Assembly: GCF_006345805.1 (NCBI RefSeq)
Contig: NC_043007.1
Location: forward strand, 23,808,001-23,872,000
DNA length: 64,000 nt
DNA from: Octopus sinensis
Lineage: Eukaryota
Direction: 5' to 3'
Position numbers and translations under genes: made by a program. The notes below the pieces were generated by a model. That model saw only the letters and a program-made list of their open reading frames with translations. It searched no databases and was not told where the DNA came from. Positions 1 to 12,255 of this stretch are shown piece by piece (position 1 is the first letter of the stretch; every line of letters begins with the position of its first letter).

Positions 1-431
1 TGGTTATAGAATATAGTAATCCCTCAACTATCGTGGGTATCACTTCTAGTGGTGGTACACCATAAAATGCATCCAGTACACCCTGCAAAGTGTTTGGTGA
101 TAAAATTTCCACAACTTGGGGCTCATCTGGACCTGTGTTGTAGCACACCTGACTTGCTTATGGTAATAAGGATATGATTTGTTGACTTGGTCATTAACTC
201 AACCAAATCATAATTATTCATTAAATATGAATGCACACCCTCTGATGGACAGGTCCTTGTAATAATTGTACTTTTGCTCTATAGTAACAATAAATATTTG
301 TTCAAATATTGTTAGGTTTGAGAGCAAACTGCCTGTCTTACTCTAATTGTTCTCTCTATAAAAATAAAAAAATTATGTTCGTTTAAAGTGTTTGTAATTT
401 AGAAATGCTTTTTTTTTTTCCTTTTCTGTAG

Positions 432-571
432 AATTCAATAGTGGCAAAGTGGTGGAATATATTTACAACCAACCAAAATTACCTCAACAGCCTGTGCAGA
501 ATTCTTTTCATACAGTCTTACCAGAAATGCATCTCCAGGGTAAAGAGCAGCTGATGCAAAACAGTTCACAA
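432..571 (+). CDS. CNOT4: CNOT4 internal coding exon (phase 1 in, phase 0 out): FNSGKVVEYIYNQPKLPQQPVQNSFHTVLPEMHLQGKEQLMQNSSQ
   Basis: Polypyrimidine tract + AG (430-431) and GTAAGT donor (572-577). Open frame of 2+138 nt that joins in phase to the next exon. Low-complexity Q/P-rich sequence, so assigned by linkage rather than by its own homology. Confidence 0.72.
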
Positions 572-749
572 GTAAGTCAATTTAACTTTAGAGGTTCATT
601 GAAAAGATGTGCATCATAGTTTTGATGGAATCCTAGTGTTTGATAAAAGTTTATCGGTTTTGGTTCACTCTGATAGCAAATCTATTGCAGTTTCCCAGTA
701 TTTAAGTTAGGTCTTCTTTTGAAGTTATTTTATAAAGATAGTATCGTAA

Positions 750-1140
750 GGACCGCTTTTCAGCTGTTTAAAATAGTATGGAGCGCAAGTGTAATTTCAA
801 TAAAGAACAAAATAAGAATTTTTAACACTAACGTAAAAGCGGTGTTATTGTATGGGGCTGAGACATGGCGAACAACAAATAAGCAAATACAATGATTCAT
901 CAACAGATGCTTGCGTAGTATACTTAGAATTAGATGGCCTGAACACATAAGCAATATGGAGTTATGGCAAAAAACAAATCAAGTTTCGATTAGGGAGCAA
1001 ATATTTAAGAAAAACTGGAAGTGGATTGGTAGCAGAATTAGAAAAGACACACCAAATGTAGCGGAAAGTGCTTTACAGTGGAAACCGGATGGATATTGAA
1101 GGAGAGGTAGGCCTCAGAACGCGTGGCAGAGATCAACACA
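750..1140 (+). mobile_element. RTE-clade LINE 3' fragment (C-terminal to RT), degenerate
   Basis: Translates as KIRIFNTNVKAVLLYGAETWR...FINRCLRSILRIRWPEHISN..LW...W.WIG...ALQWKPDG.*RRGRP with stops. This is a typical RTE ORF tail. Confidence 0.8.
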
Positions 1141-2051
1141 TGGCAGAGTATAAGTACAGAAGCGAAAAATTATGCGACATGGAATTCAATTATAAGTGGC
1201 CTATACTCCGCATTGGAGGGTTAAAGGCAAAAAGAAGTATTGTATAAAGGTAATTTTTGATTATCAAGTCTTATTTCATTTGATGGACTCTTCTACAGAT
1301 TTTGACTTGATTCTTCATTTTTATGATTAACTGGATAACCCTACTCATTGAATTAGCTTGCACTGGCTGAATATTCCACAGACACAAATACTTTTAGTGT
1401 AATTTTCATGTAGAAACAGCTTGATTTCGCAGGACAAGGTTGGAATTTTGAATTACAAATACATTTCATCTGATGGATTTCTGTGGTTTGCATCTACCCA
1501 AATTCACTCGTAACATACGAGAATATGAGTTGATTTGAGGCTATGGTAAAGGCTCCTGCTCAAGATACTACACAGTAGGATCAAACTCTGAACCTTGTTG
1601 TTGTCAAGTGAATCTCTTAACCACTCATTTATGTGTGTGACCCTTATTTTCTGAAGTTGATGTTACAGAGTCATGTGTGATTTTGTTTGAGGATATTTGA
1701 CCCAGACTGCTGAGAAAGGCTTCAAGGCAAAATTTATAACAGCCATAATCCAATCAATCTAACATGGATTATCTAACAGTATTTACTCAGATAATGATGA
1801 GAGAACATATAAGTGTAGTTTAATATGGAATTTCATTACATATAGATTGTTGACTCAGTCAAATGTCATATTTCAAATGACTGTGATTACTTTTGAGTTG
1901 TCTTCTCTTTATATGATATTGTTAAATATTATAATTTTTATGTGTATAAATACTGTAATATAAATATAATTGTATAAATCTTCTCTGTCCACTATTTGGT
2001 CAATGACCATTGCACTTCCACTAATGTATGTTTTTTTTCCTTGTCTCTCAG

Positions 2052-2220
2052 CACGATGGTTTTCATCTGAAAGATCTACAAGATGGCTTGCGGGCCTTAT
2101 TGCCAAATATCAACATAAGCTTTGGTGCATCTCCATCCCAACCACCTCCCCCACAGCAGCAGCCCTCCTCCTCTACACCGTGTACCGTACAACAGTCACA
2201 AAATAACCCTACTCAAAAAA
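2052..2220 (+). CDS. CNOT4: CNOT4 coding exon with conserved LQDGLRALLPNINISFG motif
   Basis: tttttttccttgtctctcAG acceptor, GTAAGT donor at 2221. Translation HDGFHLKDLQDGLRALLPNINISFGASPSQPPPP... matches the C-terminal WQDGLRALLPNINI-FG motif I recall from long vertebrate CNOT4 isoforms. 169 nt, phase 0 to 1. Confidence 0.9.
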
Positions 2221-3349
2221 GTAAGTATCAAGAAACACTATAGAAACTATTTTTGGTATTTTGATTGTTTAGATTTTATTTGCATATCTGTGCATAATTA
2301 AAAAAAATTTGTTTTACATCCTGTGAATTTTAGAGTACCAGGTCACATGTGTATAATCTTTTACATACCTGAGGTAATTCCATGTATGGATGCGTCAACG
2401 TTCATAAAAAATCTCATGCACAGTTGTCAAACTTTCAGGGTGTTCAGTTAGAAATAGGTTTATTAAAAGACCCTGTTTAGATGGTATCTTGGGGATTTAA
2501 CAAAGAGGGCACAGGTGCATTTAGGTATTCATTAGTTTAAGGGGTAAAAATCAGCCATGTTTACATTGGAGTTGGTTGTAGAAGGTAGTTTGACATGGCA
2601 TTTTGTTAAGTTGAAGATTTCTCGATTTCGCATTTTTTTTCCTTTTATGGATTATTTCATGTTTCCATAACGACATTGGTATACTTGTTCACAGTAATCA
2701 CGAAAAGGAAGAGGCACAGAAGTGGCTTTGCAAGACACAGGGGGCACTTGTTTTGAATGCAGCCAACAAAAGGACCTAACCTTGAAGACAAATGGAAGGT
2801 AGTGAGTAAAGTCATGAAGCTGAAAAAAGTTTTAGGATGTTTAGGGAGAGTTGCTGTTAATTCTGGATGTGTAGGCATTTCATCAGTTACTTATCCAATC
2901 AGATTATGCTGGAAGGTGCTGCAATTGCTGCAGCATGGCCTCCACTTAATAGAGTGAGTCGTGAAGGTGGTAGTCATAGAAATGTTGATGAAAAATAGTG
3001 ACATGATGTCCACTTTAGGTTTTGCATACAAATATCAGATTTTAGATATGTCTTGTGAAACACCTTTGAGGGAAGTGCCTGGCAGAAAGCCAGCAATTCC
3101 ATGTTTGACGGAATCCTACATATTGCTTTTTTTAGATAATGTAGATGGGTGTGGATGAATGGCTCATAGGGAGCTGTGAGACTACATATATTGGAGCTGG
3201 TTAGAATGAGCACTGAATTTTGTAATAGTATTAAATTATAGGTAGTTGTTATTAGCTTCATCCTTCTTATTGTTTCAAATAAAAGTACTTTCACAAACCT
3301 CTATTTATCAACCAAAGAGTGAAAATTGAAGTTTAACACCAAAAATGTA

Positions 3350-4320
3350 CAGAAAATAGATTCCATCACATGCCAGAGGGGGAAAACTATAAGTAATTGA
3401 CAGCTTCCATTACTTAGGTGACCAAGTCAGTAGCTGGGGTGGATGCTCTGAGAGCATAGCTGCTAGAATAAGAATAGGCTGGGCAAAGTTCAGAGAGCTC
3501 CTACCTCTGCTGGTAACAAAGAGCCTCTCTCTTAGCAAAAGGCAGATTGTATGATGCCTGTGTGTGAAGAGCCATGCTACACAGCAGTGAAACTTGGGCT
3601 GTGATTGCTGAGGACATGCGTAGGCTTCTAAGAAATGAAGCTAGTATGCTCCACTGTATGTGTAATAATGTCAGTGTGCTTGCACAACAATATGAGTGTC
3701 CTGAGAGAAAAGTTGGACACAAAAAAAGCATCAAAGACAACTGCGCTGGTATGGTCATGTGATGCATATGGATGAGGACAGCTGTATGAAGTGTCACACT
3801 CTGACAGTAGAGGGAACCTGTGGAAGACATGGGATGTAGTGGTGAAGCATGACCTTCTAATGTTGCCCCTCACAGAGGCAATGACAAGTGACCAAGACCT
3901 TTGGTGATATGCCATACTTGAGAAGACCTGGCAAGCCAAGTGAGATCGTAGTTGTGGCCAATGCCAGTGTTGCATAACTGGCCTGTTTAAAAGTGCCTTT
4001 CAATCGTTGGACAATATGCTGTGCCTGTGAAGACCTGTTGCACTGAGTGAAATTGTAGTTGTAGCCGATGCCAGTGCTGCCTGACTGGCACCCATCCTGG
4101 TGGCACATAAGAAGCACCATTCAAGGGTGGCTGATGCCAGTGCCAGATAAAATGCATCCACTACACCCTGAGTGGTTGGCATTAGGAAGAGCATCTATCT
4201 GTAGAAACTTTGCCAAATCAGATTGGAGCCTAGTGCAGCCTCCTGGCTTCCCAGTTCTCAGTCAAACCGTCCAGCTCATGTCAGCATGGAAAACAAAAGT
4301 TAAACGATGATGATGGTGTT
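3350..4320 (+). mobile_element. RTE LINE 3' fragment with 3' UTR repeats and (GAT)n tail
   Basis: FHYLGDQVS..GGCSESIAARIRIGWAKFRELLPLL...MLHSSETWAV...EASMLH remnant, tandem 3' UTR units, and GATGATGATG tail at ~4308. Confidence 0.85.
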
Positions 4321-4585
4321 AAAAAAGAATATAACAATGAATATAAAAATTGTTGCTATTCTAATACCAACAGCACCATAGATGCTCTCCTATTCAGAGT
4401 GTTACTGTATATTATTGTGTAGTCAGAGGTATATTCTACCAGAGTTTATTCCATCTGCTTCAAATTCCTGCCACATGGTTTTGATTAATAAAATTTAGGC
4501 AGTTCATTTCGAATAGTGGCAAAATACTGTAAATCACGCAATATAATAAGCATTGTGCTTGGCTCAGTTTGCTGTGCTGTTTAAG

Positions 4586-4797
4586 GCTTTAGTGTTCAGA
4601 TTATTCTATCAAACATAATGCTTATTGATTCACATTGATTTGAATTAACCATGCATTATCTCATATCTTCAAGAGCTTGATGGTGTAATTACTTAATGTA
4701 GAATAACATTGTAGGGTAGGTGTGAGAGCCTGGATCTGGTCAGTTTGAACATAAAACAGATTAACTATTTTGGCCGGTTTAAATACTAAAGGGTTAA
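4586..4797. mobile_element. piggyBac-like MITE (ends ...CTAAAGGG-TTAA), left end decayed
   Basis: Right terminus TACTAAAGGG|TTAA. The body is homologous to the split copy at 5420-6528. Confidence 0.55.
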
Positions 4798-5093
4798 GGT
4801 ATGTCAAACAGGTTTTTAATGCATTTTCTTTTTGTAATCCAGCTTCCCAAACAAATGCATTGTAAATTTCAGCAGAAAATCGAGTGATAATCAGGAGATC
4901 TGAGAGTAGTATTTAATTTTCCATCTTGATAACTAATGCTTTAAAGTGTAAGATGTTTAAGTTCAAATTTTATACTTGACAATGGTTCAGAGGCAGTTTT
5001 TTAATTTTCTTTTTACTCTTCTTTATCATTTTTTTTCTTCTGAAGTTAAAATTCTACCTTTCACCAATACATAAATAGTTATTAATTTTACAG

Positions 5094-5210
5094 GTAATTT
5101 CTCACATATGCCAGATAATCCACACTGGATGAAATCCATCCAACAACTGACAGAATTTGATTCACAAGGTCACACACACAGGCCTTTTGTACAGCATTTT
5201 CCGGTTAGAG
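5094..5210 (+). CDS. CNOT4: CNOT4 coding exon with DNPHWMKSIQQLTE motif
   Basis: ttttacAG acceptor, GTCAGT donor. 117 nt, phase 1-1. NFSHMPDNPHWMKSIQQLTEFDSQ resembles human DDNPPHWLKSLQALTEMD (from recall). Confidence 0.9.
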
Positions 5211-5522
5211 GTCAGTATCAATGCTTTTCTCTATTTAAGTATCAATAACAACTGCTAAAAATTTAAATTCAATGTTGACCAAACTCAGCTGAGAACCTAA
5301 AACATTCATGTTTAGATAAACTTTTTTTTTTTATAAAAATGTCCCTGAATTAGTAAGAATTGTTTGATTCAGTCATAAGGTTATATTTGTTTGGATAACC
5401 AGCCTCATCTTTAACACTTTATAGCATCCAGATTACTTTGTCATATGTAATATTTATTTATTTTGAATTAATCATGTATTTCTCAAGGCTTCAAGATTTT
5501 AATGATGTGATTGTGTATTTTT

Positions 5523-6440
5523 AAGAAATGAAGCTAGTATAATCCGCTGGATGTGTAATGTTGATGTGCATACACGACAGAGTGTAAGCGCCCAGAGAGA
5601 AAAGTTGGACATAAGAAGCATCAAATGTGGTGTGCAAGAGAGATGACTGCGCTGGTATGATCATGTGTTATGTATGGATGAGGACAGCTGTGTGAGGAAG
5701 TGCCACATCCTAACTGTGGAAGGAACCTCTGGAATAGGTAGACCCAGGAAGACATGGGATGAGGTGGTGAAGCTTGACCTTCGAACATTGGGCCTCACAG
5801 AGGCAATGACAGGAGACTGAGATCTTTGGAGATATGCTGTGATTGAGATTGCAGCCATGGCCGATGCCAGTGTTGCATGTCCGGCCCATTAAAGAGTACC
5901 CTTGATGTGCCAGGTGATATGATATTGAGAAGACCTGTTGAGCCAAGTATAACCAAAATTATAGCTGTGGCCAGTGCCCACTGATCGGCTCCCGTTCCAG
6001 TGGCATGTAAAATGTGCCATCTGAACGTGGTTGATACCAGTTTTCCCTGACTGACTCCCATGTCAGTGGCACGTAAAAAACACCATCTGAACGTGGCCAA
6101 TGCCAGGTCTGCCTGACTGGCTCCCATGCCGGTGACGCATAAAAAGCACCATCTGAATGTGGCTGATGCCCGTACCCTCTCACTGGCTCCTGTGCCATTG
6201 ACACATAAAAAGCACTATCTGAATGTGATCAATGCCAGGCCTGCCTGACTGGCTCCTGTGCTGGTGGCATGTAAAAAGCACCCACTACACTCTTGGAGTG
6301 GTTGATGTTAGGACAGGCATTCAGCTGTAAAAACATTGCCAGATCAGACTGGAGCCTGGTGTAGCTGCTGGCTCTCCAGACCTCAGTCAAACTGTCCAAT
6401 CCATACCAGCATGGAAAACGGACATTAAATAATGAGAATG
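5523..6440 (+). mobile_element. RTE LINE 3' fragment nested in a piggyBac-like MITE
   Basis: NEASIIRWMCNV...REKLDIRSI.CGVQER.LRWYDHVL.MDEDSCV.KC...GRPRKTWDEVV remnant, same family as 3350-4320. MITE halves lie at ~5420-5522 and ~6441-6528. Confidence 0.8.
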
Positions 6441-6792
6441 ATCATTGTAAGGTGTTGTGATCTGGCCGCAGCATAAAACAGGCAGACAATTTGGGCCTGA
6501 TATGACTGGTTTAAATGCTAAAGGGTTAAAGTGTTTATTAGTAATATTTATTTTCTGATAATGGATCAATTTAATCTGATTGTCATCAAATGTCTTAATG
6601 CATGACATGTGTAGAGTACCTGATTGGGTTTGAAAGGTGAGGTTAATATTCAAGACAATTATACTAACTTCCCTGATACATTTAGGCACTTCGTCCTTAC
6701 AGTTATATTTAAATTTCATTTTTATTTTTTTGCTTGTTTAATTTGAACAATTCTGAATGGTTTGTTTATCACTGAGCATTTTCAAATTGCAG

Positions 6793-6891
6793 GTGCTGGC
6801 TGGGTACCACAGACTCACAACCCTCCACCAGGCTTTCATACACAGATCCGACCCCCAACTCAGACTACAGAACCACATAAGATGACTGAGG
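6793..6891 (+). CDS. CNOT4: CNOT4 coding exon with PPPGF motif
   Basis: ttgcAG acceptor, GTAAAC donor. 99 nt, phase 1-1. AGWVPQTHNPPPGFHTQIRPPTQTTEPHKMTE resembles human HSPPPGFQTAFRPPSKTPT (from recall). Confidence 0.85.
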
Positions 6892-9244
6892 GTAAACTAT
6901 TTCGTTTGGACTACTCTTTTCTTTAAACCCTTTATTTTGAATATGAAGAAAATTTAGTTTCAATCTGTTAGCTCCTGATATGGCAACTGTCTCTTCTAAG
7001 TTTGCTGCAATCTAGTTGGTGTTTAGCTCTTCAAGTTTATTCTTCATTTGTCTTCAGAAAGTGCTATGGTAATGTATTCTACTGCATTAAGAGCAGCTGA
7101 TTGAACTTAGAAATTGTTTATAAAGCTTTGATAAACGGTACTGGTCTTAAGCCAGTAACATCACTTATTCTATATTCTGAACAGTTTTAACGATTTATCA
7201 ATTGCATTGTGTAGACAGATGTATTTTATTCTTGAGGGATTTAGGGTCAAGGAAAAACATAGCATATAGAAAAGAATCCCTGCTTTAATATAGACATTTC
7301 TTTCTGAACATGTTGTGAAGAGGGACCAATAGATTATCTAAAATTACTTTTAATTTGCCAACACAACATTTTATTTGTTTGTAGGAATTCTATATGATCA
7401 GTATATGAGGGTGTAGAATTTACTGCAGGTGTGTTCAGCCTCTATAGGCTTTGCTGGCCAGAGTGAAGTATAAATCAGATTTCACATGCCGAATTGATGT
7501 ATTATCTAGATTTTATAGGCTGGTTAGGGACAGTGATTCTTTAAGACTCCATTCATTGTGTAGGCCTAAATAAATGAATAAAGGAATTCATGTACATTGT
7601 AGAAACTTTAATAAGAATAAAGAAAGGAAAGAATATGAGACATTAAAGTTTGTGTGTGTAGATGTGTATGGAAAAAAAACATCAATATGGTATGTATACA
7701 AAGTCCTTGGAGTGTGAAGAGATAAGAAATTGCCCAAACAAATTCATACAGTTCTTGAGAAGACCAATACTTGATGAAAAGCTTTTAACTGCAAAGCTTT
7801 TCACATCACTAAAAGTATGGTAAGCATTCTTGTCCAAAATACTAAACAGTGGAATTATATCCAAGGCCTCACGATTGTGAAATGAACTAAACTACTCAGC
7901 TATGTTTATTTCATACACACACCAACCATTAACATCTGTGTTCCATGCTGGCATAGTTTGGATGGTTTGACAAAGATCCAGTGAATCAAGGACTGCATCG
8001 TACACCAGTGTCTTCTTTGGTATGGTTTCTATGGCTGGATGCCCTGCCAGCTTACAGTGTGTACGTGGTCCTTTTTTCATGCCACCTGCACTGTTGAAGT
8101 TACCATGTAGCCCAACAAATTAAGTTAAGGAATATGTTTCCTCTGGATGTTTCTTCTGTAGATTAGTTGGGGCTTAAGGTATGCGAAGAGAGGTCAGAGT
8201 AGAGCAGGTTTTCTGACATTCAGCCTCTCTACCTCACTTCCTCTTACAGCATTCCTCTTAGTCTTATATGTATTTATCAACCCTTAGTTAGATGTTGTAG
8301 GACCCTACTTTCGAACACAGGTGCCTTCTCTATCCCTTAAGTAATCTCTTTAACTCTTGATGGTACTAACCAAGACAGCTGTCTTTCAACTCGGTCCATT
8401 TCTTCTGCTTTTTCAGGTTTACAATGAGAGACTTTGGTGCCGGACCTTACTACATACCCAGTGTGCTTTCTGCCTGTTTTCTTTGTTAAAGATGCAATCT
8501 TAGCAGTTTCTACTTCACACACAGATGCCACACCCATCAGCCAGAGGGGGATCGCTCTCATCCTCCACTCTCAACTTTCTTCAGTTTAACAAGGAAATTG
8601 GAATATTTTAAACATTGGTTTGAATTCCACTCAAGTATATATACTATAATTTTTTTTTTGTTTTGGGGTTTTCTCAATCAGATTATATCTCTCTCTCCCT
8701 CTCTCAATCTTTGGTTCTTTCTTTATCTCTTTCCTTCTCTCTCTTTCTTTCTCTATATATAAATATATGACTAATTAAGAATTTTATTGAAATATTTTTT
8801 TCTAGAATTTGGTAATTTGAAAAAAAATATAACAGCGAGGCTGTCTTGTTCTTGAATTACTCTCTTGCTATCTCTGTCTACCCTTCTTTAGCTCTGTCTC
8901 TGTAATCCTCTCTCTCTCTCACCTTAGCTCTAACTGTCTCTGTAGTTTTTGCTGCCTCTGTGTAGCTCTGTCTCACACATATATATATATATACACACAT
9001 ATATATATACATATATATACACATGATGATGAAAGATGATATATATATATATATACATATATATACACATATATATATACATATATATACACATATATAT
9101 ATATACATATATATATATATACATATATATACACATATATACATATATATATGTTGTTCCCTCTCCTTTATATTTAGTTTTCTGTCAGCTCTCTCACTTC
9201 TCTCTGTATAGTTCTGTCTCTATAGCTCTCTTTTGCTGACCCTA

Positions 9245-9283
<39 letters not shown>

Positions 9284-9329
9284 ATGTGGCATCTCTGTTG
9301 GATGAAATAACTGTAGCCAGATAGTGGTG

Positions 9330-11180
9330 GACCACACAGTCGTATCACACATACAACACACACGCACATAGACATAACACAAAGGACACACGCACACACA
9401 TACACAACAAGCAGTGACCTCATCTCCATCTGACCATTAAGCAACAACCTGTCCCTTTTACTCCACCTGCACCAGCCCCCTCTACTCCACAAAGTGCATT
9501 TTTGTGGTGGTTGTTGTTTTTTTTTCCCCCCCCCTTCCTCACTTTTTTCTTTTTAAAAGCAAAGCAAACTAAAACCAAAAAACTCTGAATCCAACAAATG
9601 TTGGCCCAAATCTGAGACTATTCTTTATTTTTTTTTCCTCTTTGTTCAACCCCAGTTTTTACTGGGCAAAATCCACCATCCTTCTGTTGTTTCTAATATC
9701 TCCTTCCCCATCCCCCAAAGCCCTGTCCCTCCCCCTCCCTTCCCCTTATTGAACATTTGGAATTGGGATTCAAACTAGGCCATTGGCTTGACTGTTCTGT
9801 TCAGCTGCCCCCCGGTTGACATGGTCCTGGTGATTTCTGGCCATAACCACGTCTCCTTGGCAGTTTCCTTAGACAAAATAAGTCTAGTTGTTGAAAAAAA
9901 AAAAAAAAAAAAATTAAAAAATAAAATAAAAGATTTCTCACAACTGAATTCAGATTTCTTTTCCCAGTTTTCCTTTGTATTTATTCCTTCTTTTTTTTTT
10001 CTCTTCCTAAATTCAGTTTTAAACAAAAATACAGCCTTTTCTTTATTTTAATGGATTCAGCTTATATATTATTCCATTGGGTGTTTTGAATTATTATTAT
10101 TATTTTCATTTATTTAACAAATATCTATCTAAAATGCTGGATCAAGTAAATTTAAAAATAGTCTTCTTGGGAAGGGTCATAAGTGGAGATATATAAATAT
10201 ATATATATATGTACATATGTATATATATATGTACATATGTATGTATATATATGTATGTATATATGTACATATATATATATAGATATGTACATATATATGT
10301 ATGTATAGTGTACATTTGTAAGCAGTTACTCAAAAGTAAATATTGCAACAGGTTCCCAGTTGTTTACATATGTGCACAGATTTGATATTGTTTGCATACA
10401 AAAATAATCTTAACTCAATGAAGGGCAGGAGTCAGTTATGGTTGAAATTTGGTTTGATATAATCTGTTCATTGTTGAATCGCTGTAAAAAAAACCTGGTG
10501 TAGGTTTGATCTGACTGTGTGGTCTAGCTCACTTTATTCTACTATGCTTTAAAACTGGCGAGTTTCCACACTCAGTGGAAAGTTGAAGGTTAGTCATTGA
10601 AGAAATAAAACACATTTACAGGAGAAATGGGAAGTTAACTAATGATAATAATAATTAATAACAATAATAATAATAATATAATATTATATAATATATTGGT
10701 ATCTACAAAAAAAACATTTGTTAAAATATTAAGATGGAGAGCAAAACAACACAACCACAACAATATTAAAAGGAATGAAAAAAACAATTACTTCTCATTT
10801 ATTTTTCTTTTTTTTTTTTTTCTCTCTCTCCTCTCCCCCAATTTAAATTTGACCCAAAATTCTGAGGTTTTGTTGGTCCTGGTAAGACCTGAATTTCTGT
10901 CAAAGCTGCCTAGCTACAAGGAGTTCTTTTTTTGGCTGTGTTGTGTGCATGGATGAAGATAAATTTATATGCTGGACACTTGCTGGCTGAATGGACAATA
11001 GCGGCTGTTTCCACAGCAACACTTGTTGGTGGGGAATCCATGGTGCAGTGCCTCATAGCAGTTAGCCAGGAGGCGTTGTGATTGACCGAAGCAAAAATGA
11101 TTCCGTATTTCTAACTATGTTGGTGGTATGGCTGAAGTGATCTATCATTAATAAAGAAGCCATAAACAGTTAATAACGAC
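9330..11180 (+). other. Probable CNOT4 3' UTR
   Basis: Transposon-free, U/A-tract-rich unique sequence downstream of the last recognisable exon. AATAAA at 10604-10609 and 11150-11155, the latter followed by a U-rich tract. Boundaries are approximate. Confidence 0.45.
11150..11155 (+). promoter_or_regulatory. Candidate polyadenylation signal AATAAA
   Basis: Canonical hexamer with T-rich sequence downstream at ~11180-11220. Repeats and CpG-retaining sequence begin shortly after. Confidence 0.4.
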
Positions 11181-11504
11181 TTGTTGTTTATCTTTCACTT
11201 CACTTCTTTCATTTTGATTAAAAAGGAAAAAACAAAAAAGAAAAAAAATCACATTCTTGTTACCTAATTAATTAATTTCTTTTTAGAGGAGTGGGAGTGA
11301 GTCTTGTGTCTGTCCTATATATTATAATTGGTATTTAACTTATCAATCTCTTTTATGTGACATCAGCACTCTAAGTGCCTTTTAGGTGCTGTGTAAAAGG
11401 TGTTGGTGCCACATAAAAAACATGAAGTACACTCTGTAGAGTGGTTGGTGTTGGGAAGGGCATCCAGCCATAGAAACCAAGCTAAAACAGACTAGAGAAC
11501 CTAT

Positions 11505-11720
11505 TTCTTTACTACCCACAGAGAGGACAAACAAGGACAGACAAACGGATTAAGTCAATTACATCGACCCCAGGGCGTAACTGGTACTTAATTTATTGAC
11601 CCCCGAAAGGTTGAAAGGCAAAGTCGACCTTGGCAGAATTTGAACTCAGAATGTAACGGCAGACAAAATACGGCTACTCATTTCGGCTGGCGTGCTAACA
11701 TTTCTGCCAGCTCGCTGCCT
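11505..11720 (-). mobile_element. tRNA-derived SINE with Deu/Nin-like domain (family A), inserted into an RTE 3' tail
   Basis: The minus strand gives an A/B-box-like head and a GGTCGACTTTGCCTTTCA.CCTTTCGGGGTC.ATAAATTAAGTACC core, similar to the DeuSINE conserved domain. RTE-tail sequence lies on both sides (11400-11500, 11750-11820). Confidence 0.75.
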
Positions 11721-12084
11721 TTAGACTAGAGATTCTGTGTGGCCCTTGGCCTTACCAGCATCTGTCAAGCTGTCCAACCCATGCCAGCATGGAAAACAGG
11801 CATTAAATGAGGATGATGATAACCTCAAGAGGGTTGATTGATGAAAGGCAGTAAATCTTGTTTGAACTCTTTTGAAACAAACAAAAGTAGGCTCAATAAC
11901 CTAGAGCATTTAGTCAACTGTTCTATTTTATTCTTTTGCTTGCCACAGTCACTGGACAGAGGCTGTGATGAGGTGCCATCTTCAAAGTTATTGTACAGAA
12001 TAAGGATAACAAATCCAGTTTCTTTGCATGGATATAAAATAAATGTAATAAATAAATATCAAATGGAAATTGTAATTGTGATAC

Positions 12085-12255
12085 CTGTGCCAGTGGCACA
12101 ACACTCACGGAGTGGTTGGCGTTAGGATGGGCACCCAGCTGTAGAAACACTGCCAGATCAGACTGGAGCCTGGTGCAGCCTCCTGGCTTCCCAAACTCCA
12201 GTCGAACCGTCCAACCCGTGCTAATACAGAAAACGGACGTTAAACAATGATGACG
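12085..12255 (+). mobile_element. RTE LINE 3' tail fragment
   Basis: GGAGTGGTTGGCGTTAGG...GGACGTTAAACAATGATGAC is homologous to the tails at 4170-4320 and 6290-6440. Confidence 0.75.

Noticed and set aside
2640-3160. Extra CNOT4 exon in intron 2221-5093
   Set aside because: The acceptor at ~2694 gives stops in all three phases before a usable donor. The flanking exons already join in phase.
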